From: Aeromonas phage 65
Sequence record: GU459069.1
Strand: one strand, 5' to 3'
Length of the DNA: 24,000 nucleotides
Part shown: positions 16,963 through 24,000 of the stretch, piece by piece
Layout of the letters: every line of letters starts with the position of its first letter
Position numbering within the stretch: position 1 is the stretch's first letter
Made by a program: the position numbers and the translations under genes
The notes under the pieces: generated by a model
Told to the model about the DNA's origin: nothing
Database searches by the model: none
The model's input: the letters and a program-made list of their open reading frames with translations, nothing else

Positions 16963-16971
16963 GTTATATCA
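16963..16971 (-). promoter_or_regulatory. Candidate extended -10 upstream of 43A
   Basis: Minus strand TGATATAAC immediately before the hairpin. Confidence 0.35.
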
Positions 16972-16989
16972 TTCTAACAAACAAATGGA

Positions 16990-17361
16990 TTAGCTATGAA
17001 CATTTTTCTTGAAAATGTATTTGCTCTTATGGATCCATTCAGATTTCTCTTTGTGAGAGATAACGTGGAACTCAAATCGGTTAGGTCGTTCCATAGTATC
17101 GATAACAGAACATAGATCCCAATCCTCAAGCAGATACGCGATATCATAACAGCGATCTACATCCTCTTGAGACATAACAACGTCTCTACCGTCTCGCCTC
17201 AAAAGCTCCTTAAAGTGAGCCACATAATAAAATCCATTTTTCTGGATGATATGACAGCTTTGCCAAATATGTTTAGTTTCGCGATTAGCAATACCAATGC
17301 GGGTTAAAGTTTCCCGAACCTTTAAAAAATCTTGTGGGTTATACAAACCAATTCGAATCAT
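16990..17361 (-). CDS. regA: Translational repressor RegA
   Basis: From internal Met26 of the track ORF: MIRIGLYNPQDFLKVRETLTRIGIANRETKHIWQSCHIIQKNGFYYVAHFKELLRRDGR..., aligning end to end with T4 RegA. The upstream 25 codons overlap gene 62. Confidence 0.95.
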   Translation of the reverse strand: MIRIGLYNPQDFLKVRETLTRIGIANRETKHIWQSCHIIQKNGFYYVAHFKELLRRDGRDVVMSQEDVDRCYDIAYLLEDWDLCSVIDTMERPNRFEFHVISHKEKSEWIHKSKYIFKKNVHS

Positions 17362-17368
17362 TTTATAT

Positions 17369-17956
17369 TTACCATTTTGTGGCGGTTTTATACAACCGCG
17401 CTTTTTCTGTTTTGCTAATATGCTTAGGAAGAACACTCATAAAAGGACAATCCGGTGACGTTATCAAGCCTCGCATATCTCTTAAAATACGCTTCATCTG
17501 TTCTTCCGTGTGTAAATCATGATATTCAACTGCCTTTTCATAACTAACATTATAATGATGTGCCAGTATATGAGTTATAAAAACAAAGTCCCAATCGTCA
17601 GAGGCTCGGGCATATGCAACATAAGGGAGTTTGCATTTCCGGACAGTGTAATAAAGATAATCATAATGCATCTGATCTGTAATATATCCAGCCCATTGGT
17701 TTAATTCGGACGCATATCCATTCATAGATGCATGTTGAGACAACCAGCTATTAATTGTGTATTGGTCGTAACTCTCAAATACCATTACATTTTTATGACC
17801 GGTTTTCTGAGTTACGTTATTGATTATCTCAAATGTACTTTTATCTTTATCTTTCTTGAATTCTTTACACAATTCCTTGACTTTATTCCAGTCTTTATTA
17901 TCCCATGCTAGTCGATGTTCATTAGGAACTTCTAATCCAAGAAAGTCTAGACTCAT
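17369..17956 (-). CDS. 62: Clamp loader small subunit gp62
   Basis: 195 aa between genes 44 and regA. N-terminus MSLDFLGLEVPNEHRLAWDNKDW resembles T4 gp62; conserved synteny. Confidence 0.92.
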   Translation of the reverse strand: MSLDFLGLEVPNEHRLAWDNKDWNKVKELCKEFKKDKDKSTFEIINNVTQKTGHKNVMVFESYDQYTINSWLSQHASMNGYASELNQWAGYITDQMHYDYLYYTVRKCKLPYVAYARASDDWDFVFITHILAHHYNVSYEKAVEYHDLHTEEQMKRILRDMRGLITSPDCPFMSVLPKHISKTEKARLYKTATKW

Positions 17957-18933
17957 TTCCAGTTAACCTCACAAGCAAGATCCGACAACATATCCATCAG
18001 GTGAATTTCAATATTCGGAACATCACCAACGGTCTTTTGGTTTTCGGCAAGAATCTTAATCAGCATACGATAAGATTGACCTTTAACTTGGGTAGTTGCA
18101 CGTTCATAAAACGCATTAATAAATGCGGGATAGTTGGTTGAGAAGTTAGGAATAAGACTGCGAATCTCGGGAAGATCTTTATTCTTCATCAACTCAAACA
18201 GTTTTTCCATATCCTTGGTGGATCGCATTGTTGAGGTCAATACACCTTCATCAATATATCCACAGGAACTATATTTATCCATTTCTGTAATTGCAGAACG
18301 GAAGTTAGGGAAGTTTTTAGATACCAGTGCCATCATCGCACGTTTATCCTTCACCTCAATTCCTTCAGCTTCGCATATCGCCATACACCGAACAAACATT
18401 TCCTTCTTCATACGGGTTTCATCGGCTTTGACCAGCTCGGGGGTTTCCTCCACTATGCGACCAAACTCAAACACTCGGAAACGTGATTTAAGAGCCTCTG
18501 GAATCACCTCTGCGTTGTTACATGTCATGATGATAGAGCAGTTATCACTATATGCCTCCATCCATGAGCGCAATTCCTCATGAACAGACCTCATATTGGT
18601 GTTATCGCCTTCATCAATGATGATAACCTTACCACCTTTCTTACGGGTTGAAGTATTTGCAAATTCGGTTAGTTGGGTCCGTAGATCGTTAATACGAAGT
18701 TGACCACCAGTAATAAACATCATTTCAGCGTCAATATCGTTAACCAATGCCATCGCTACAGTGGTTTTACCAGTACCCGGAGATTTGGAACACAAAAGAA
18801 GATGTGGGAACTTACCTTTCTTAACCAACCCATTAAACCGGTCCATATCATGGCGGGGAAGAATACATTCAGAGATTGATTGTGGGCGGTATTTTTGTTC
18901 TAGCATGTGTTGGGTATTATCAACAGACAACAT
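17953..18933 (-). CDS. 44: Clamp loader large subunit gp44 (AAA+ ATPase)
   Basis: 326 aa with LEQKYRPQSISECILP, Walker A SPGTGKTTVA, KVIIIDEGDN and NFPNFRSAITEMDKYSS. Confidence 0.95.
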   Translation of the reverse strand: MLSVDNTQHMLEQKYRPQSISECILPRHDMDRFNGLVKKGKFPHLLLCSKSPGTGKTTVAMALVNDIDAEMMFITGGQLRINDLRTQLTEFANTSTRKKGGKVIIIDEGDNTNMRSVHEELRSWMEAYSDNCSIIMTCNNAEVIPEALKSRFRVFEFGRIVEETPELVKADETRMKKEMFVRCMAICEAEGIEVKDKRAMMALVSKNFPNFRSAITEMDKYSSCGYIDEGVLTSTMRSTKDMEKLFELMKNKDLPEIRSLIPNFSTNYPAFINAFYERATTQVKGQSYRMLIKILAENQKTVGDVPNIEIHLMDMLSDLACEVNWK

Positions 18934-18959
18934 ATTTTATATTCCTCAATTGTTTTATA

Positions 18960-19271
18960 TTAATTTTTACGACTTTCAATATATTCATCGTAATTTTCTA
19001 TATGTTCAAACGACAATGAGCAGTTATCATATTCTTCATTGAAGTCTACATAACCGGACCATTTACCATTAACATATAAGCAATATTCTACTACAGGAGC
19101 GCACCAAGTAATATCTATGTATTTCTCAGGAACTCCCGACCGGTCAGATATTATTTTTCTAATTCGATTTATATTGGCGATTGGTTCAGGACCGGATTCG
19201 TCCCAAAAATAATCATCACAATCGCCACTCTCGAAATAGAAATTATCTATTTGCTCAAGAGATAATTTCAT
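18960..19271 (-). CDS. Hypothetical protein between genes 44 and 45
   Basis: 103-aa ORF in the operon. Confidence 0.75.
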   Translation of the reverse strand: MKLSLEQIDNFYFESGDCDDYFWDESGPEPIANINRIRKIISDRSGVPEKYIDITWCAPVVEYCLYVNGKWSGYVDFNEEYDNCSLSFEHIENYDEYIESRKN

Positions 19272-19272
19272 A

Positions 19273-19965
19273 TTAGGTCAAGCTAGAAGCTTTATTCATG
19301 GAAATAACATAAGTTACATTCGGGCATGTAAATTGAGCGGCACCGCGAATACATTTGATTGTGGTATCACCTTCAAGGAAAGTCATATGCTTCATATCAA
19401 AACGCATATCAAATTCACCAGCATAATCAGTATCGGAAATAACTATATCGAACTGGTTACTTTCTTGGTCTGAAATACCACCAGATTTATCTACATAGAA
19501 AAGTCGAGCAACGATTTTACCATCTTCTTTGATAAACTTCAACATATTCAATTTCAAAGTAGATGACATAGCCTGCAAGCGGGACAGATCATCCGATTTA
19601 AGTTGAAACTCAACTTGTGGGGCAGGAAATACGATTGGTTTCTTTGGATATACAATCTTACTTTCAGGACTCATGATCAGGGTTGCTTTAGCGCCAGATT
19701 CGTGTTTCAGGTTAAGCTTGAGATCATCTTCGCCCGAATCTACAGACATTTCAACTTCACCCTTGAAGTTGTTAAGAACACCCAACATCTGATCCATAGC
19801 ATACAGACAAATTTTCTGTTCGAAGGTATCCTCTACAGTAGCTTCGGCATAGATGTTACCATCAGCGGTTCGGGTATTAATAAAATTACCCGGTTGAATC
19901 AAGATAGAAGGATTGATAGAAGAAAAAAGTTTCAGGATATCAATGGTGGATTTGTTGATTTTCAT
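19273..19965 (-). CDS. 45: Sliding clamp gp45
   Basis: 230 aa (MKINKSTIDILKLFSSINPSILIQPGN...), similar in size, start and synteny to T4 gp45. Confidence 0.93.
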   Translation of the reverse strand: MKINKSTIDILKLFSSINPSILIQPGNFINTRTADGNIYAEATVEDTFEQKICLYAMDQMLGVLNNFKGEVEMSVDSGEDDLKLNLKHESGAKATLIMSPESKIVYPKKPIVFPAPQVEFQLKSDDLSRLQAMSSTLKLNMLKFIKEDGKIVARLFYVDKSGGISDQESNQFDIVISDTDYAGEFDMRFDMKHMTFLEGDTTIKCIRGAAQFTCPNVTYVISMNKASSLT

Positions 19966-20037
19966 TACTCATATTACCTTTTGGTTAGATTTTTTGGAAT
20001 GCATCCCAATATGGATGACGCCCATTCATGATTTTAA

Positions 20038-20172
20038 TTAATTCTTCAGGTTGAAATCGTTGTTGCATACTTCAATAGGAACAACAAATTCAACAGGTTC
20101 CTCAGATACTTTATTAGTTAATACCCAGAGGTTTTTAGCCTCTGGATACACTTCATGTAAATTTTCAAACAT
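20038..20172 (-). CDS. Hypothetical 44-aa protein not in the supplied track
   Basis: ATG overlaps the gene 46 stop (TAATG). Product MFENLHEVYPEAKNLWVLTNKVSEEPVEFVVPIEVCNNDFNLKN. Confidence 0.6.
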   Translation of the reverse strand: MFENLHEVYPEAKNLWVLTNKVSEEPVEFVVPIEVCNNDFNLKN

Positions 20173-22499
20173 TATTCTCGTTCCATTTCGGTGAAACGAC
20201 CCTTTTTAGTCATTTTTATATGACTGGTAAAGCTATCGTCTCGGTTTTCTACTCTATGGGAAATAATGAAGGTATTACCACCAATCTCGTTTAGTAGACG
20301 ATTCACCGCATATACACCATCGGAATCCATACCACCATCAAAGATTTCATCTAGGATCAACATGGAAATGTTAGTACCAGAAACCATTGACGCGATATAT
20401 CTCCAAGTGAAAAGAAGCGCGATATTAATTCTTGCTTTTTCACCTTGAGAGAATGACATATAAGTGAATTCATCTCTACCACGGGATTTAATAGACTCTT
20501 CAAAAGATTCATTGAGGGAGAATACGTAATCAGCACCGGTTATAGACAGATATTCGTTGATTTTTGAATTGAAAATTGGGATATATCGTTTAACGATTTC
20601 ACCTTTAATCGCATCATCCTTCAACATGTCTTTCATTATACCACAACTGAACTTATCGTTGAACAAGTTTTCCCGTTCTTCCTGTTTAGTGGTGATTATA
20701 GAAACAACTTCGTCAAGACGAGCTGATGTAAAAGTTTTTTCCTTCAAACTATCAACAACGGATTTAATTTGCTTTGCCATTTCCGAGTTTTCGGAGATAG
20801 ATTTTTCCTCAGACTTAATAGAATGAGTTATAGCAGCCCTTCGAAGTTTGAGGTCTTCAACCAGTCTATTATGATCTGATTTCGCGGCGTTAATCTCGCG
20901 TTCTTTATCCAAATCAATCCTATCAAGTTTTGCTTGGTTTTCACTGATCCGAGTTTTAAGATCGATTACTTCTGATGACTTTGCAGTTTCAAGAGCGGAT
21001 ACTTTTCGGGAAGTTTCTCCGGAAATAGTCTCCAACCTAACCTTAATTTCCGATATCTTATTAGAGATTGAGCTATTGTGTTCTGATATCTCTCTCTGTT
21101 CTTTAAGAACGTCCCCAGATATAGCCTGATTGAATTTCTTTTCTCCATCCGACCACAACATCATCTTTGAATCGAAATCGATTATAGACTGTTCTACAGC
21201 GATTTTGTGGTCATCGCGAGCTTTAGTAGCATCTACATTTTTCTGTTCAGCAACAGAAAGCTTTTTCTCTGCTTCCGCCAAATCTTTACGAATTTCGTCA
21301 ACGTGATCATGACCGTCAGATACATCAGTACCACAGGTAGGACATACCCCGTTATCAAAGTTGGCAAGCGCCTTTTTCTTTTCTGTAATTTCGTATTGAA
21401 TCCGGAAAATTTCTCCTTGAATTTCACTTACGAGATCAGACAGAGACTTATCTTCTTTTATCCGAGTATCAGATGGTTTTTCTACATCAAAAACCTTACC
21501 TTGAATTTTATTAATTCGAGATTTAGTTTCTTCCTCTGAAATAAGACCAGATTTTAATTCTTCAATTTCCTTAACGAAAATCGATTCATCTACAACTTCA
21601 TTCTTTGCAATCTGAATAAGATTATCGTATTTTTCATTAACTAAGTCAAGAGCTTTATTATCAGACTCGATAGAACCTTTTAAAGAAATAGAATCCACTG
21701 AATAGTTAGTTTCTATTGCTTTAATTACTTCATCAATAACCGTAGAATCAATATCAACCAATCCATCAAGTTCGGTATTAAGCTTCTCTATGTTCTCTTT
21801 AGACAATTTAACCCGACTAACTAATGAGCGGATTTGGTTAGATTGATGTTCTATAACATCGTCATTTGATTTCTTTTGTTCTTCAATAGAATTCAAAATA
21901 GATTTACGTTCATTATCCAAACCACCAATTTCAACATCAACCAGATCCATTGCGGTACTAACACGCTTCAGCTCTACGTTGTTTAGCTTATTCATCTGAC
22001 CAAGTACAGACAATTGAAGAAGATCCTCAACCATTGTCCGGCGTTGTTCTGGCTTCAATTCCATGAATGGGGTGTATCCAGCAGTACCCAATACAATCAA
22101 CTGTTTGAAGCTTTCATGGGAAACGTTAAGAATATCCTCTTCCAAAATACGTTGATATTCGGTCGCGCTTGCGGCTTCTGGAATAGGTTCACCATCGATA
22201 GTCTTTGAAACGTTCGGCTTCATACCACGTTCGATATGTACCAATTTATTACCAATAGTGACTTCACCAGATACCAAAAGGTTTTTCTTGTTGATCTGGT
22301 TGATAAGCTGTTCTTTTTTGAGTTTACGATAAGACTTACCATACAGCAAAAAAGAAAGAGCCTCGATCATAGTAGACTTACCAGCACCATTAGTACCGGT
22401 TACTAGTGTCTTTTCAGTTAGGTCTAATTGTACCCGTATCGGGTTACTACCAACCGACATAATATTTTTGTATTCAATATAATTAAATGTAATATTCAT
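20172..22499 (-). CDS. 46: Recombination endonuclease subunit gp46 (Rad50/SbcC-like)
   Basis: 775 aa with Walker A TGTNGAGKSTMIEAL, zinc-hook CPTCG, long coiled coil, signature FSQGEKARINIALLF and LILDEIFDGGMDSDG. Confidence 0.95.
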   Translation of the reverse strand: MNITFNYIEYKNIMSVGSNPIRVQLDLTEKTLVTGTNGAGKSTMIEALSFLLYGKSYRKLKKEQLINQINKKNLLVSGEVTIGNKLVHIERGMKPNVSKTIDGEPIPEAASATEYQRILEEDILNVSHESFKQLIVLGTAGYTPFMELKPEQRRTMVEDLLQLSVLGQMNKLNNVELKRVSTAMDLVDVEIGGLDNERKSILNSIEEQKKSNDDVIEHQSNQIRSLVSRVKLSKENIEKLNTELDGLVDIDSTVIDEVIKAIETNYSVDSISLKGSIESDNKALDLVNEKYDNLIQIAKNEVVDESIFVKEIEELKSGLISEEETKSRINKIQGKVFDVEKPSDTRIKEDKSLSDLVSEIQGEIFRIQYEITEKKKALANFDNGVCPTCGTDVSDGHDHVDEIRKDLAEAEKKLSVAEQKNVDATKARDDHKIAVEQSIIDFDSKMMLWSDGEKKFNQAISGDVLKEQREISEHNSSISNKISEIKVRLETISGETSRKVSALETAKSSEVIDLKTRISENQAKLDRIDLDKEREINAAKSDHNRLVEDLKLRRAAITHSIKSEEKSISENSEMAKQIKSVVDSLKEKTFTSARLDEVVSIITTKQEERENLFNDKFSCGIMKDMLKDDAIKGEIVKRYIPIFNSKINEYLSITGADYVFSLNESFEESIKSRGRDEFTYMSFSQGEKARINIALLFTWRYIASMVSGTNISMLILDEIFDGGMDSDGVYAVNRLLNEIGGNTFIISHRVENRDDSFTSHIKMTKKGRFTEMERE

Positions 22500-22732
22500 T
22501 TATTAATTACCTTCATAAGTTCATCATCAATATTTGATATCATTTCTTTAATAACTTTGTCATATGAAACATTTAATTTAGAAATATCCGCTATTGATAT
22601 TACGGTAGTATATTCGTATCCATATAAGGTTGCAGATATACGAATATTGTCACCAACTAAAAATATTGATTTATAAGCATCTGGATGCAATCGATCATCC
22701 ATCCAAATAGATATTTTATAAAAGTCTATCAT
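22496..22732 (-). CDS. Hypothetical small protein between genes 46 and 47
   Basis: 78-aa ORF with 4-nt overlaps on both sides. Confidence 0.75.
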   Translation of the reverse strand: MIDFYKISIWMDDRLHPDAYKSIFLVGDNIRISATLYGYEYTTVISIADISKLNVSYDKVIKEMISNIDDELMKVINK

Positions 22733-23754
22733 ATACTAGATTCCATATATAGACGATTTGCATAATCAAGAACCCTAGATTTTTCTATTGATTCCAAATC
22801 CATCGATTCAATATATTCTGTAATCATCTGGTTTATTTTCTTAATTTCAACTTCGGTATCCGCGCTATCAAGGGAACCACCAAAATCTTCAAGATATTTC
22901 ACACTCAATTTTTCTACAACTTCTTCAAGTGCAACCAATGTGGCATCTAGATTTTTATCAGATTTATCAACAATTAGCATTACACTCTTATTAGCATACA
23001 TACTAACGTCTTTCTTGTCAACTTTATTATAATTGACCTTGACATGCCAAACGGTTTCATTCGGGATCATTTCGATAGATTCATCTTCCGTATCGAATAC
23101 ATAGAATCCTCTAATATCGTTACAATCATTCATTGTAATTGTATATGGAGTACCCAGATAATGAACGTTACCTTTCTTACTAGCGGCGTGATAGTGTCCA
23201 GAGAATGCAGTCTTATAGCCACTCAGGAAGTCCTTAGATTCACCGGACATTGCCGGTATACCTGTGTAGAAGTCAAAGCCCACAAGCTCCCAGTGACCGA
23301 TTGAGTAAGGAGAATCGCTGTTTTTAATAAACTCTCGGATCTGTTCTTTGTTCTCCTTACATTCCCATGGGATCATATCAATCATAACACTACCAACGCT
23401 GATAGTTGTCGGTTCGTTATGTACATGGAAAAGTGGGTCTTTATGGAAATTCTCATGAACAGAGTTAGGCATGATCTTATTTTTGTAATGTAGATCATGG
23501 TTACCCGGAATTAATTCTATTCGGTCGAATGCGTCAGCCAACATAGGTCGAATTTCTTCACGCATAAACCGTTGGGTTTCTTGAGTGATACCACTACGAA
23601 CATCAAACCAGTCCCCAGCTTGAAGAAGGATTTTAATCCCGTTCGCTTTTGCATAATCACACATCTGTTTGAAGAAAGAACGTTGGATCTGTTGGATCCA
23701 TTTACTATCTTTATTTTCGCCTAAGTGAGTATCACCAATCTTGATTGCTTTCAT
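22729..23754 (-). CDS. 47: Recombination endonuclease subunit gp47 (Mre11/SbcD-like)
   Basis: 341 aa with phosphoesterase motifs GDTHLG, LQAGDWFD, LIPGNHDLHYK and FSGHYHAA. Confidence 0.95.
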   Translation of the reverse strand: MKAIKIGDTHLGENKDSKWIQQIQRSFFKQMCDYAKANGIKILLQAGDWFDVRSGITQETQRFMREEIRPMLADAFDRIELIPGNHDLHYKNKIMPNSVHENFHKDPLFHVHNEPTTISVGSVMIDMIPWECKENKEQIREFIKNSDSPYSIGHWELVGFDFYTGIPAMSGESKDFLSGYKTAFSGHYHAASKKGNVHYLGTPYTITMNDCNDIRGFYVFDTEDESIEMIPNETVWHVKVNYNKVDKKDVSMYANKSVMLIVDKSDKNLDATLVALEEVVEKLSVKYLEDFGGSLDSADTEVEIKKINQMITEYIESMDLESIEKSRVLDYANRLYMESSI

Positions 23755-23794
23755 TCATTATTCCTCATAAAGGGGCTTTCACCCCTAATCTATT

Positions 23795-24000
23795 TTATAC
23801 AGAACAAACCGGAACAGTCTTACCGGTTGTTCGTGGAACATTATATTGCTGTTGTTCTTGAATTTTAATAGCACCCAAAATAATTTCATCGGTTTGCTTT
23901 TTTGAAGTAATCCAGAGACTATGAAGAGTTTCAGAATCCAGAGGACTTTGTTGACAGATATTACGCAATTTCGTAATAGCATATTTATATCCATCTTCAT
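23795..24000 (-). CDS. Hypothetical protein, 5' end outside the window
   Basis: Open frame to the window edge: ...DGYKYAITKLRNICQQSPLDSETLHSLWITSKKQTDEIILGAIKIQEQQQYNVPRTTGKTVPVCSV*. Composition is far more protein-like than the alternate frame in the track. Confidence 0.65.
   Translation of the reverse strand, partial: EDGYKYAITKLRNICQQSPLDSETLHSLWITSKKQTDEIILGAIKIQEQQQYNVPRTTGKTVPVCSV

Noticed and set aside
16961-17436. Whether regA uses the track start at 17436 (25 extra residues MFFLSILAKQKKRGCIKPPQNGKYK)
   Set aside because: RegA homology begins exactly at the internal Met (17361). The extension would overlap gene 62 by 68 nt and is most likely not translated.
20966-21427. Minus-strand ORFs 20966..21148 and 21233..21427
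   Set aside because: They sit in alternate frames within the gene 46 coiled-coil coding region.
675-22208. Many plus-strand ORFs of 60-155 aa (for example 1216..1461, 12842..13309, 18134..18583, 19603..20031)
   Set aside because: All lie antisense to well-supported minus-strand genes, have low-complexity or unnatural composition, and lack SD context. They are typical mirror ORFs.
23785-24000. Minus-strand ORF MKMDINMLLRNCVISVNK...
   Set aside because: The overlapping frame ...DGYKYAITKLRNICQQSPLDSETL... is much more protein-like and ends with a normal stop at 23795. This one looks like the wrong frame.
1-24000. CRISPR arrays, tRNAs, homing endonucleases, transposons, retron/DGR-like repeats, toxin-antitoxin or anti-CRISPR cassettes
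   Set aside because: I looked for regular direct repeats, cloverleaf-like stretches, and GIY-YIG, HNH or LAGLIDADG motifs in the translated ORFs and saw none. This was by eye, so weak matches could be missed.

Overview
This is a compact, almost fully coding core-replication segment of a T4-like (Tevenvirinae-type) myovirus genome. Every supported gene is on the minus strand. Reading from high to low coordinates, the order is: partial hypothetical, gp47 (Mre11-like), small ORF, gp46 (Rad50-like), small ORF, gp45 clamp, small ORF, gp44 and gp62 clamp loader, RegA, DNA polymerase split into two ORFs (43A/43B), hypothetical, UvsX, several small ORFs, gp41 helicase, a small gene that appears frameshifted, gp61 primase, hypothetical, dUTPase, DexA-like exonuclease, small ORFs, a fused topoisomerase II large subunit (gp39+gp60-like), small ORFs including a second apparent frameshift, and RIIA. 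I found no CRISPR array, tRNA, mobile element or recognisable anti-defence cassette. I also found no clear new multi-gene system. The observations most worth checking are: (1) the family-B polymerase is split in the fingers region, and its motif C reads YCDTDS instead of YGDTDS; (2) two short genes each need removal of one base in a homopolymer (A6 after a start codon, and G4) to restore a continuous reading frame; (3) GC-rich hairpins recur just upstream of ribosome binding sites, and two of them carry an extended -10-like motif in the loop or 3' arm; (4) a 240-bp weakly coding gap contains several inverted repeats. The plus-strand ORFs look like antisense artefacts.
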